Shown piece by piece: positions 47,789 to 61,587 of a stretch of 64,000 bases of DNA. Below the pieces are notes generated by a model, which had not been told where the DNA came from, made no database searches, and saw only the letters and a list, made by a program, of their open reading frames with translations. The stretch covers positions 20,446,795 through 20,510,794 of the forward strand of contig NC_092670.1 in assembly GCF_964355755.1 (NCBI RefSeq), written 5' to 3'. The translations under genes were made by a program, and so were the position numbers. This DNA is from Antedon mediterranea. Lineage: Eukaryota; Animalia; Echinodermata. The first letter of the stretch is position 1, and every line of letters starts with the position of its first letter.

Positions 47789-50700
47789 ATGGGTGTATGT
47801 CTGAGTTTAGACCAAGAACAGCGGAAAGCTAAGATGCGGAGTTCGGCAATCGATAAACAGCTTGTCGATCTGGCTAAGGCCGAAGAACAAATTGTTAAAA
47901 TTTTGTTGCTTGGTAAGTACCTGATACAAGCATTGCTCTTGTTGAGAACATTCTATTTGGTTTATAACAGAATTGAACACAGTTCCCCAAAATTGTAGAC
48001 ATGTCAAGCACCAAGCTATTATACCACCTACTAACAAGTACATTAGAACTAGCATTAGAACAGGGAAGAGTGAAATTACATTGTAAATTGTAATTTCATT
48101 CTTCCTCATGTTTAATTTGGCAAGTATAATAAGTATTGAGCCCATTACCCCTTAAATACCCGGTAAGAATATTAAAAACCAAGCTTCTGTGCCACTACAT
48201 ATTATACACCTGTTTCTATAGTCGGCACATACAGTATTCCCCTAATCAATAATGTTATTTTGGTGTGTACTATTGGTTCAATACACCTCAGTAAAAGCCC
48301 ATTTCCTAAATCCCCAAACAATGGTTTTCCTTCTGGGTGAATGACATTGTTTAGCGGTGTCCATTGTGGATGTATAACAATGTTGATTGTATCAATTTCT
48401 GGTTAATTTAACTTTGTAGTACACCAATCACTGACATCAGCCAACCAGGAGAAAGTTTCATCAATGAATTTTAACTACTGTATTTTATTCTGTATCTCGA
48501 AGTTCTGTAGATAATTCAATATTAATTAGTGTCACAAAGTGTAATTATTTCAGAAAATCCTCAAAATGTATTCATTATCATTACTACACTACAGTTTGTA
48601 AGTGAATATAAAATTAGCCTAATGTAAATAACCTGGCAACAAGAAGGATATAGGTTATCTGTGAGAAGATAAGATGACAAGTACTAATTAGTAAAGTACT
48701 CTAGCCTTTTGAAGATGAAGGTCGCAGATAAGATCATTGTGCTGATCAGCATTATCAGTTAATTTGAAACAAAACACATTGAAGGGGTACAGTAGTGTTT
48801 TCTCTTTGCACAAAAATAACTGTGTTTACATGCACTAGAGTTAAACTTATACTGTACAATACAACTCTGATGTATTGTACCTCTAAAATTCAGATGCATA
48901 TGTCCCATGAGACTTTAAATTTGATCATGGAGATATAAAAGCATAATATATTTTTTTTAACGCTATGCTCCGATAGATAGAATTAACTTTCCCACTGGAT
49001 CACAACAGATGATGTCATTTTTGCGTTTGAATGCAAAACAAGTTAAACAGCAAATGTACTGTATCCCTGATAGACCACAATAGCAACTATAGTGAAAATC
49101 AGGGAAACCTGGTCTAAACAAAGCGATCAAAATTCACTATTTTTCTATTACTATGAGATTTTGATTCCGTGTGCAATAAGCAGGAGTTTTTAATTTAGTA
49201 ATTTAAATTATATTTCATTACAATTTAGAATATTTTTATGCATAAAAAAAATTATGAAATCATTCATAAAAAATTGTTGCAAATTGTTTTTTTGTAAATC
49301 ATTCGATGTCATGTGCTTGTTTTTAACTTTCAATACCATAATTTGTTTGCGGATCTGTCACATGCATTTATGTTGAGATTGAGAGAGATTGTGCAAAGCC
49401 ATGTAATAATCCAAAGGTCTTAGTGTTTATTTACTTTGACGCAAACGAATATTGATAGGTTTGTGTGAATGATCTGAATGCAAATTAATGTCAGATCTAT
49501 CTAGACTTGAGTGTGTACACGCCGTGGAAGAATGTGAATAGGTTTGTTTGTAGAGAAGTTATCGGTATGTCTGTTTGTCTGTTAGTGTCAAACAAGTCTT
49601 TTATCACCTCTTAACTGTACTTTTGCTCATGTGACTACAGTATGTACATTAGACATACATACTGTACTGTACTATGAAATTGATGCACTGTAAAATAAAA
49701 ATATTAATATTTAACTTTTAAGTCTAAACTGTAGTACTGTTAAAACCGACTTCTAAATTTAGCTTTCGTTAATAAAAGTGGGTGGGTAGAAAAATAATCG
49801 TAATAATAATTTTTGAATAACTCTTTTTGGAGTACTGTATAAGCCCACATATTTACAAATTTAACCCTTAACCTGCTTACTGTAAAGGTGGGTGTGTGGG
49901 TAGAAAAAAAATAGGTAAATATTATTTGATTTTTGTATTACTTGATTAAATTTAAATTGATGTGCGATTTCTCTTGACTTTTATTTTGTCAGGTGCTGGT
50001 GAAAGTGGCAAAAGTACACTTGTGAAGCAAATGAAAATTATTCATCATGATGGCTTCACTGCTTATGAACTAATGAGTTTTAAGGTACAGTATTTAATTT
50101 AAATATATTTCAATCTAAATTAAACATTAACACTCTACTCCCATAACACTTAACACTCCATTGTACAATATCTTTAAACATAATTAATAGAAAGTAGAAA
50201 AGCCACTGTAAATAAACTTCTGCTACACTATAATACACACAGTATCTTTAAAATGGAACTATAATATGTCAATATTCAGGTTGTCTGTATTATTTTTTTG
50301 AAAAAGTTTTTATTCACATATTGTATATTTTTCTGTATGTACTGTATATTTTGTAAATGTTTGCATTGATGTTGTCGTTCTAAATTATACAGTATTTATT
50401 TAATTTATTTATTCATTAAACTTTATCACTGCATACAAAAACACACAAAAAAAAAAAGCAGCGAAAAGAAAGGGATGAACAGGTGACAAGCACCTCTATC
50501 CACATCCCCCTTAAAGTACACATAACAGTAACACAAATACATACATACAAACATGCCAACTGAACTATTTCTTACCATGCACCATTTGAAGAACATTATT
50601 TTTTAGTAAAAATGTTATCTATGTTAAATATGTTTTAAAATAGTTTATTTCTACAAACTAGGACACAGGAAATTCTTTTTTTTTTTAAATTAAGAACAGC

Positions 50701-53700
50701 TGAGGAGTGACAAAGGCAGTCTTTAAGTGTAGACTTTGTACAAGATATCCAGTTATTGTACAATTTACTCCCCAGCATGTAGTCCCTGAATCTAGCATGC
50801 TTTGCATGGCATGAGGCACAGAGTTCAAATTAGATCACTCGGCATGGTTGTGAATTACTGTTAAGTTTGTTAGAATCCTTATGAACTAAAGCTCTGTCTA
50901 CACTATCAAAGTGTGATGTGCCCAAATATGGTCGTGATATGCCCAAATATGGTAGTGATATGACATCATCATGTCCATGTATAGGCACATCACATAGTTG
51001 GATGGTGTGGACAAGGCTTAAAGGACTTTGATCTACTGCATAGGATTGAAATTTCATGTGCTATGTTATAAACTTTTATTTATTTTTTTTTTATTGTACA
51101 GCTGATAACAAATTCCTATAACTTGTTTGAAATAACTCTTTTATAGGTAGATTATTGACATAATATCTGAACTACATTGTTTCCGTACCAAACTGCTAAA
51201 GACCACCAATATGGTCCTAAAATGGATGGCACTAACATTAACATTGTTGGCTTAGGGCCTGTTCGTAGGGGTTGAAAATACCAGCTTATTCCCGATTTCC
51301 GTTCGCGTGATCCAATTAACTTTTGCCTCAGGCTACAAAAAATTCGAGGTAAAATGTTCACCAAATTTGCAGGTTATTTCAGCGATAATCCAATTATACT
51401 CGGCCTTCGAGGATAATAAATCTCCGATAGAGGCAATGTGTCAAATTTTGACAAACGTTCGCTGCCTAGGCCCGTCATTTCTCCTACGAAGCTCTTCCAT
51501 ACACGCTTCGAGAGCGATCGTCAGCTGGTGCTGTCCTTGTTGGTGTAGACCGCTTAGTAGGCCTAGTTGGTCGGGGAGCCGCTGGTCGGTGGTGTTTCCG
51601 TCGTGTAACATTGGGCTCAAATTCTTCGTCAATGAGTAAAATAATGGTCGTCAGGAGAAGGAATATTTCGGCAGGATTATTGGCGTTAAGAGGCATAAGG
51701 TTTGTCGCAAGGATAAGCAGTGTAAAAGGTAGCAAGTAATTGTTATTGTAAAGAAAGATCGCGAGTAAAAAATATACAACACGAAACTAGCGTGCGAAAA
51801 TGGGGTCGTAGGTTGTAAAGACAACTGACCTTAAAACGTAATTTCCGGTTTGTGATTCGTCGATTAAGCATTTAAGCGGTTAAATATTTCAAGTACGAAC
51901 AACGCTCAATTTATAACCCGAGGCATGGGTGAAATTAAGCGCTTATTTTAACCACCGTACGAACACGACCTTAGTCAGTTCCAATGATGATTGTAGCTAC
52001 AACTTCACGTTTTATCCATCACTCAGAAGCAGTAATATAACTATGCAAATATTGTCTTTGTTAATTTGTTTACCTATTCACAGGTGTAAACAAAACAAAC
52101 ATCTGGTTATTTGCTCCCATGGACTTGTACTATATGCTCTGCAAATAACATCCCAGGAATGCAATCTCCTAACTAACATAAATGAACCTTTTGTTACTTA
52201 ATTATTGATTAAACTGTCATTTGAAATACTTGAACAGTCCTATATAATTGTCAATGCCGTACTGGTGCAAATTACAAGTCCTCATGTACTCAGTTGTATA
52301 GTACGCGTTTTACTCATCCACCAAATTATTACTTTAGTAAATCTCAGATAATTTATAATTTATGAATACATTTTTATATTTTATATATTCACATATTAGG
52401 GTGGGTCAGTCTTGACCTATATGACTCCTCCCCCACAAAAGATTTTTTTATTATTTTATACACTTTTTATTGTTTATATGCAATAATACAGTATTACTAC
52501 AATATTGCACAAAATGTTTTTGTGGAAATAATATGACTTTAAAGTGCTATAAATCAACCAATTTAAAATTACAGATATTCAAATTTGTTGTAATATTTTA
52601 CAAAGTATCCAAACTACTTTGCTCAATTGTGATCCATTGATGGAATTTCTTTCAAATTTATCTATAGTAAATTATTGTTCTTCCAACTTTCCCACGAAAG
52701 TATAAAGTAAAAGTGAGCCATTACAACAGGAATAGTTAACTTTTTCTTTTGTGTTTCATATACAGTTATTCCTGCTAATAATGGAAGACCTGAAATATAT
52801 TGTTCATACTGTGTGAAAATATACAAAATAAAACCTTACACAAGTGTGTACAAAGACATAGGATTATAATTGTAGTAACTATAGGCTGTAACTATAGGCT
52901 TAACATTTCCATTCATAAGTATATGATAATTGATATGTAACAGAATAGGATGTGTTTCGTCAATACTGTAGGTTGCTATCACTCACTCACTACTCATGAA
53001 AAAAGGGGAATTTTAGCCATTTGGTTTTGTTCATTACAAATGTTGTCTGAATAGAGAATGTGTTTCCTCTTGGTAATTGTAGATACTGTAACTTTTATAA
53101 AAGTTTCCATACACTTATTATTACACATTATGGAAACCTAGTATATAAAAACATAAACTGAGTGAACTGAGGAAGAGCATGCTTGAGACAAAGATGTGTG
53201 AAGACAAATTATCATGGCACCCACTAAGAATTAAGTCGTCGTGGGATGACATTAAAGAAAAAGAAGAAATAACTTTCAGACATGAAGTCATCTCAGTATA
53301 TTAACTGGGCTAGTTTAGTTTTATTCATTAGTAAAAGTAGAACCACATTAAGGGGACACCTTCAGGACCTAAAAAGTGTCCGCTTTAGAGGAGTTTTCGT
53401 AAATAATTTTGTTATTATTTTGAACTGTACTTTACCTTCTCATTTTTAATATCAACATGTTTTTACCACTGATTAATAAAAGTTGTTGAAGCTTAATACG
53501 ATATATATCTACCTCCTTGAACCTTCCTTTCTATATGTTATTGTTACTATATTTTCTTTTACCTGCGCTGCTGGCATAATGATCAACAGTTAATGTTTTG
53601 TTATACAAGCGTCTACTTTATGTTTTGTACTCTCACTTTACAATAGACACAGTTCATAAATTTAATTTATGTTTATAAGTCAGGCGCGCACCCTATTGTT

Positions 53701-56700
53701 ATACACCTGTTATTGTTATTATTATTGTTAGCATCCCTATTACCATGTACCTTAAACGTGCTTACAAAGAATTTAATGATTATAACAGATTCATTTTTCT
53801 GTTACTAACACAAAAAAGAGTTGTTTGTTTTCTCCTAACAATAGACAAAGTTGATAAACTTTAGAATAAAAATCAAAGTTTTTATTCATTTACATGTTTT
53901 TGTACAACTGTTTGAATCCAGTTTGAATTAACTTCCATAACAAATTGAAGTTCATAAACTTTGCACGTGTGTACATTCACACCATTGTTATACTGTAACT
54001 GTTTATAATTTTTTCCAAATTGTATGCAACTGTTGTTAGAGTATTTACAGTTTAACAATGGTTGTTGTTTGGTTACTACAAAAGTGCCCAGTTGTTGTTC
54101 TTAGATGTATTTATTCAATTTTAAATTTATTAAATTTTATTTGATTATATTAGTATTTCATTTTTTATTACAGTATGTTTTAAAGATAAATATTGTTGTT
54201 GTTTTTACTAACAAATATTAAATATTGTTATACTAGTTACTGCCAGGTTGAGAATGGCACTACTGTATATTACTGTACATCAGGGCCAGACTTTCATATA
54301 ATCCCTTGTGTTTTGTAGAAAAAACAGTAAATATACACTGTTCAGTATAAACAATTTTCAAGATTGTATTTTTTTGTTAAAAAATTAAATTTGATTGTAT
54401 AATATTTTGTTTTAGCCTGCTGTTTTAGACAATCTACTAGGCTCTATGAAGTATGTACTCAATGGTATGTTTCTACTAAGGATCAATCTTGCCAATCCTA
54501 GAAATAAGGTAAGGATATATAGTAAGGATAAATCATCATCAGCATCATCTTATTAAGGTCAGGTTATATTACTGTAGCATAATTCCTTCCAGAGAAGCAA
54601 TCACAGACAACAGTTTAGGTTGAGTGCAAAAGAGAAGCAATGTAGGGGAATTCAAAGTAACATGAAGATGAATTTAGTAACAAAAGAAGCTTTCCCTATA
54701 ATGGTTAGGGAAAGTTATTATATACCATTACCATGGTTTCAATCATCACTATCATCATCGTCATTACCGTGATCGTTATCATCGTTAACGACTGCCATAT
54801 TTTGTACATTTTCCACAACATCATTATCAACACTAATATTGGTACCACGTACACCTCCTTGTCTTTTTCTTTTTCTTCTTCAACTTTTTCCTCTTGTACT
54901 TTTTTTTTCTTACTTTTCTTACTTTTCTCACAATCATATTATCATACCACCATATTTCAATGAAATCTGTTTATCAGCTGCAGCTTCCCATGACAGACAT
55001 CAGTACTGATATGCCCATTGATTACAAGACTGACCACAAGGGATCTGAAGGAAGTGGATTGACTGTCAATTATGTTATGGTTAAACGAACCAGGAATAAT
55101 TTGTCAACTAAGGACCATACCTTGGCTTAATAAAAATTAATGTCCAAAAATAGCTTAAACAAAATTGACCTGGGATTGAACTTAATACTTATACTATGGT
55201 TCTGTTATGGTAGTTAATTCATCTTGACATCATATCATGGAACTGATTAACGTAGGAGTAGTTTATGCATAATTACTCTTATCAAGGATAACATTGACAT
55301 TAATATATAGTATTAATGATGTAGATTTTAATTACATCTACATTTACAAATTAATTCAAAAAGTAGAATTATACCTTCAAGTTATGTAGTATCATTCACT
55401 CTGAAATGAAAATTGATTTATAACGATAAACAAGATTACCAAATGGTAATAAAAATGTATTCATAATACTGTAAGATTTTCCTTAAAATTATCCTTTGTA
55501 TTTCTGCATTAATTATAGTATAAGCTTTCTTGAAACTGTTTTAACAGTTACTGTTGATAAAATCAATTCTTATCTCCATAATTAGTCAGTCTATTTCGTG
55601 CCTAGCTTACCTGGATAACCGACAATAGCCCTTTTTCCTTGAAGAGCAAGATATACCTAAAAAAGTAGAAATTTTTAATGAACACCCCTCTCCACAAATG
55701 GTATAGTCCATGAACTATGCCTCCAATACATATTTTTATTCGTTTAACTTGAGCACGCAACTCTGCAGCCATGAATATGGCCTTGTTAATTCAAAAGTCA
55801 AGATAACTTGTTAAATTCATTGCAATGTAGGCCTATTGTTCTTGTCTATAATATTCATAAATATCATACCGGTAAACGTTTTTTAAATATGTTTATCTTA
55901 TATTGCCAAGAAAGACAACTTCCATAAATACATGTACATGTACATTTATGATGCGAACAGGCCTATGTGGCAGAGACCTCATTCTACTAAAAATGTAAAC
56001 TACAGTATCTAAAACAGTACAAAGTTTATTTGAAATGTCTATCAAAATTGACAGCCAAAGTACAATAAAGGAATACCTCATAGCAATGATTATCCGCTAA
56101 TCGGTAAATACCATCAGCAATTTTTTTCTTACAGCAAAATTTTTACTTAGCTTTCCCACACTAACTTTTATTATTAAAATTGACAGCAACTGCAAACGAC
56201 AGAAAATAGTATAGCGATAATTAGTGACTAATCGACAAAAAGCTAAACCAATCACTCTATACTTAATAATTATTCTAGATTTTTCCTCACTAATTATTCA
56301 CCCAACCAATGGTTCATGTACTCTTGAACTCTAAATGTATTCAAAATTAAAACTAAATCCTGCAAATAGATGTTCAATCTTGCAAAGACTTTGTGAAATG
56401 TATACTAATCTAGGAAAAAAAATCTTAATTTTGGAAAAACGATGAATGATAAATCAAACTGACAACTGATAAAGAATTTTTAAAATAAATGAACACATGA
56501 TTGGCAAGAAAATGGAATGTTCTTCTTTCTTTAAAGTAATCGATACAAAAAAATAAATAGGTTATTCAAACAAATAAAACACAGAAGACATTACAAATTC
56601 AACATTTGATCTATTTGAATAATTTAAGAACTTGATGAGTTTGACTTACTGTATCTTTCATATAAATGTCAAAAACATTAGGATTAAACATTAGGATTAA

Positions 56701-59700
56701 ACATTAGGATTAAACATTAGGATTAAATAACTAAGAAGATCCAGTAGTAGACCATAATAGTTAAACATTTCATATCTCAGTGTTTTGGTCAACCTTCTTT
56801 GGAGAAAGAATAAAATTTGATGCAGAGCGGGAAAATGTCAAAACTGTGATTTTTGTATTAAAGTGATGTTTTTAAAAGTAAAGTTAAGGCATTATTAATT
56901 AGGTTTGTACTGTATCATGTAACTGTTAATACATTGATGTAGACACAAAAAATAAAGTTGTGCAGTTGTTGCAAGAAGAGGAGAAAATCTCTGTTCAAAC
57001 AGTAGTCAGTCAGATTGAAATTTACCAACCGTACTGGTGGCTACGGCCCTGATTTATATAAATTACTAGGTATAGAAGAATTACCTAGGTCTGTGTGACT
57101 GATTGGGCCACCAAAACAATTTATGAAAAAGAAACTTTTATAGTTAATTATGTAATATATAATGTCTGTTTTCCTCTTCCAGGGGCATGCTCAAGCTATT
57201 CTACAATGTCCAAGATGTTTTGATGAAAATGTAGTTATGAAGCCAGAGATAGGAAATGGTTTAATAGCCTTATGGAACGATAAAGGCGTACAGCTAGCTG
57301 TGTCGCGAGGTTACGAATATGAACTAAATGATTCAGCTGTATAGTAAGTATTATTTAACACTCTACAGCCAACACATTTCAAGTGACACCCCTATGAAAG
57401 GGGACACTTTTAGGTCCCAAAAGTGTCCCCTTAAAAAAGGAGTTTCTACTGTGTTTATTTCTTCAATCAAAGTTTAAATTTCAAATATATACAGCTGTGT
57501 TTGTAGAGCAATATGCCCAGCATTAATATATTGACAGAAGATTAAGACACCATATTTCATAAGTTTCCTTCTAATTTTTCCCAGGAATATTAATAGAGAT
57601 TAAAACATGTACCAAGGCTAATACGGAAAAAAATATCCCGCTAGGCGTTAACTATAACAGGACAGTCATAATCAAATAACAAATTTAACTGTAAAGTGAA
57701 TAGGTATTGGATTAATATGCTAAGCCCCTATGTCATTCACTTTTGATAAACATGACTGGAGGCACGGTTCATACTTGTTTTCCCTTTGATCTAATGTTGG
57801 ACATGCATTGTAATATAGACTAACACACCCTGGTGTATACATTGACCAGTGAAGCGTATGGCTTCTTTTCCAAAGGGTTATTAAATATTTGTATGAACAG
57901 AGTTTGTGTTAACAAATTAACTGTATTGTATTCTCTTCGGATTATATGGCATTATGGTCTAGTTTGTGTACCGTACCCCCGAGGGCAATGTTTGAAAAAG
58001 CATCGTCTTACTAATTCTTCTACTGGTTCCGTTGCATTTCATTGTGCGGTACTTCGAGTTATAATACAATTTTCGTATCAAGTTTCAAATTAATTGGAGT
58101 ATATCAATATCATATTGTAGGTCAATAATGTCTTTACTACATATGATTTGATCCTTGCTATGCTCATGTTGCATACACTTAATGTAGATATCTCATACAC
58201 TACAGTACAGTATACAGTATCTCACACTGTACCAAGAAGCAAAATTGATTACATTTCACTGGTAAACATACAGTTGGACAATAGTATAGAGAATATTGTT
58301 AAATAAACAAATAAAAACCATTAATAGAGGATCTTGCAATAAAACAAATTATTGACGAGTCTTTTGTGTACTATATTGTGGTTGGCAGAAGAAATTAAGA
58401 TTAATTAAAATACAGTTAAAACACTTAATGGTGATTTACAGTTGTCAAATTTACAGTAACATACGTGATGATATGTTTTATAAAGAAACAATGTTTATTG
58501 TATAATAGTTTAACAGAATTACCCTATTAAAGGTTTTTCTAAGAATTTTGTTTCAGTAGATAGAATTTAGAAAAGAGTTTCTGAGAATTCTTAATGTTTG
58601 TCAAGCAGCCAATTTCTTATTATTCTTTTCATTGTAAAAAACTGAGAAGAATGTTAACTTATCAGAAACAAGAAATAAGAAATTAAAAAAAGTTTAAACT
58701 ATGATTGTTTCTAGTAAAATGAAAACCAGTACAATGTTGCTTGGCACTGAAGTAGTGTTTCCTTAAAATTTGGAATGTTTTTAAAAAGATCTATAGGCCT
58801 TATTACATGAGACCCAGACACCAATAGAGTTCTTGGATGAGACTGAAGAAATTAGGAAAAACTAAATTGTCAGTGTTCTCAACAGACCAGAAGAACTTTG
58901 ATATAGTTGTAAACATTCCTTTAATTCAAAAAGATTTCTAAATCTAATCTAATCTAATCATTTCTACGTCTGTCTTGTCCTGATGAAATAGAATAAAAGC
59001 TAAAATTCGAACTGTTTTTAGTGTGCCAAATAGAACTAATTGATTTAGACTGATGAAATGGAAATTCTTGTAAATAATTGATTGAGAAGGATCCTCTTGG
59101 GATCTTACAATTGTCAGTCAAACCTTTGAAATGGTCAGTTGAATGGTCAATGCAACCTTTCAAGTGATCAGCCTGTTTTAAATCGCTTGGACAAAACAGA
59201 CAATTGTCACATTTTGTTTGATTATATAAGTAGATTAGATTTTCCTGATTATTGAAACTGTTCTTGTTATACTTGTGAAAGCCAGACCCACTTCAGTAGT
59301 ATTTTATTATCAATACTATCTACTTGAAATGTAAACACAATTAGAAATGTCTTCATTCAACTTAAATGCCTATTGATTTCTAAGCTTACGACCAGTTGTA
59401 TAAGTTAAATGTTTATAATAGTTAAATGTTTATAATGTATAATGCTTCCAATTAATCTTTATTGATTGATATACTGTACTAAGCACATTTTGACAGTGCC
59501 CATAAACGTACAGGATGTCTTCCTAAATGTTTGCAGGTATTTCTGATTTTACCCCAAGTCACCTCTAATTTTGTCCATAGAATCTCTCAAATTGAGTAGC
59601 CTTGCCAACAACATGCTAGATCTGAAATTTAAAAATGTATTGTCCCCCTGAAAAAATAATTCTTAAACATTTTTGTTGTTGAATATTCCATTTTAATGTT

Positions 59701-61587
59701 CCATTTTAATGTAACATAATAGTTATCCACTTTGACCAAAAATTAGATTTAAAAAAAATGTATTTACCTGAAAAAAATGTAATTTAAAGCAAAAAATTGT
59801 CAAATTGGCTGCCAGCCAATGGATTTTGTTTGAATTTAACCATTTATTTTGTCATTTTATAAGTGAAAACATTTTTTTTTTTGTTCGTTTTTTATTCTAT
59901 GGAAGTGATTAACTTTTTAAAACTACAAAATAACATATTCAAAGTCTGATTTAATTAATCTTTATTTTTCATGTTTTTGGGGGACAATACATCTTTAAAA
60001 GTCATATTTTGTTTTCGTTTTTTCTAATTGCACGTACACTTACCTCTGTACAGTTCATTAAACTTAATCTCCTAATTAAAGGAGTTTGACTCTAGGGGTT
60101 AATCTAAGTTCATAACGGGAAAAAAGTTTAATTTCAAAACAAAACCAGACAAAGGGGTCAGCTGTTAATAAAGTAACAGCCCTACATGGTATAGAAATTT
60201 GAATATAGTAGTGCTGTAATTTCTTAAGGGAAATGTTAGCGAGCCTTTTAAAGGAATGAAAGCTATCAATCTCTAACTAAGGGTTTAATTTAGCAGAATT
60301 AGTAACCAAAATGAAATATTTTTTCCTTCAGTTATTTTGAGAATATGCAGAGAATTATGTCCGAAAAATACAGGCCGTCAACAGAAGATATTTTGAGGGT
60401 GAGAATCAGGACAACCGGCATTTTAGAAACGCATTTTAAAATTAACGGAATGATATTCAGGTCAGTTTAAGTCAAATAAATACAGAAAAATAAGTTTCCT
60501 AGTCATACTATAACGCTTTCCTATATGCTAAAATTATTTGAATTCCATCAAGTTTAAAAGTTTTTTCACAAAATCATGATAGAGGGCTCACTTATGATAA
60601 ATATTTACTAACTAATATTTTTTTTAAAAAAACAAGCATATAATATAGTCTTGGGCATGGTTTATTTTGTATAGGATGTATGATGTTGGAGGTCAAAGGT
60701 CAGAAAGGCGGAAGTGGATCCAATGTTTTGATGATGTCAGAGCGTTGCTGTTTGTTGCAGCTCTCAGTGCATATGATATGACGCTGATTGAAGATCCCTC
60801 AGTGGTAAGCTGTTAATATTTTGATACTCACCTCACCTCATTTACTGTAGAAGTCGGTAGGGTTTGCTATGTTTTTTTAGAGGTTTGGGGGGTTTAGCAA
60901 TACCCTAGAAGTTGCAGTGGGGCACATTCTAAAAAAAATTTGGAAGACCATCTATGGTACTATGTGGTTAATCCTCTCACTTGTTGATGATTTTTACATA
61001 CAGTACCAAACCGTAATAACAGCAATTACTGCCGTATCCTAAAGAGTGCAAAACTACATTGCTGCAGTTTTATTTATTTTAACTCACTGTTTTTTCTTCT
61101 TGTGTTTTAGAACCGTCTACAAGAAAGTCTGAGACTATTTGAGTCTATCTGTAACAATGTGTTCTTTGTTGACACATCTTTAATGTTATTCTTAAACAAA
61201 GTGGATCTCTTCCAACAAAAGATAATGTATTCTGGGCGACATCTTAGGTACTACTTTCCAGAATACAAAGGTGAGAGAAAACAATATGAATTTGCTTTAA
61301 GTACAACAGTAAACAAGATACTCAAATAAACCATGCACTGTGCCAGAAAGTGTGAAATCATTAAACTTATTTTCTTCTTTGTTTTTTTTTTTTTAGGTCC
61401 AGATTGTCGTGTTGAAGAAGCTGCAAGGTTTATCCAACAAGAATTTCTCATTCGCAATCACAAACCATCAAAAGTTGTTTATCCTCACTTCACCACAGCA
61501 ACTGACACATCAAACATACAGGTCGTTTTTCAGGTCGTCATGGATACAGTAATCAAAGAAAATTTAGAGGCAGCTTCATTACTTTAA
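47789..61587 (+). CDS. GNAV: Heterotrimeric G-protein alpha subunit, Gv class (359 aa)
   Basis: Exons 47789-47912, 49993-50084, 54416-54508, 57183-57343, 60332-60460, 60675-60804, 61111-61270, 61397-61587 total 1080 nt in phase. G-box motifs [31 protein letters not shown] and TATDT are present. Gv-typical segments: [47 protein letters not shown] and the C-terminus [21 protein letters not shown]. Confidence 0.9.
50890..51019 (+). mobile_element. PIF/Harbinger-like MITE copy
   Basis: taaagctctgtctacactatcaaa...gcccaaatatggtagtgatatg...ggtgtggacaaggctta. Confidence 0.75.
51255..51970. mobile_element. Internally deleted PIF/Harbinger element
   Basis: tta|GGGCCTGTTCGTAGGGGTTGAAAATA ... TATTTTAACCACCGTACGAACACGACC|tta: imperfect TIRs with a TTA TSD. 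The CpG-rich interior holds broken minus-strand ORF remnants. Confidence 0.7.
56673..56726. repeat. 13-bp tandem repeat (AAACATTAGGATT) x4
   Basis: Seen directly. Confidence 0.9.
57366..57451. mobile_element. Short pogo/Tigger-type MITE (related copy at about 53335-53400)
   Basis: ta|cag...aggggacac...gtgtccccttaa...tttctactg. The aggggacac/gtgtcc core is shared with 53350-53390. Confidence 0.5.
59633..59994. mobile_element. Kolobok-like MITE (TTAA TSD)
   Basis: ttaa|aaatgtattgtccccc ... gggggacaatacatct|ttaa. Confidence 0.75.

Noticed and set aside
54733-55130. Hydrophobic ORFs in a GNAV intron
   Set aside because: Derived from low-complexity (ATC)n and T-rich sequence, with no splice support or recognisable domain.
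56673-56726. Interstitial telomeric repeat
   Set aside because: The unit is a 13-mer containing TTAGGA, not tandem TTAGGG.
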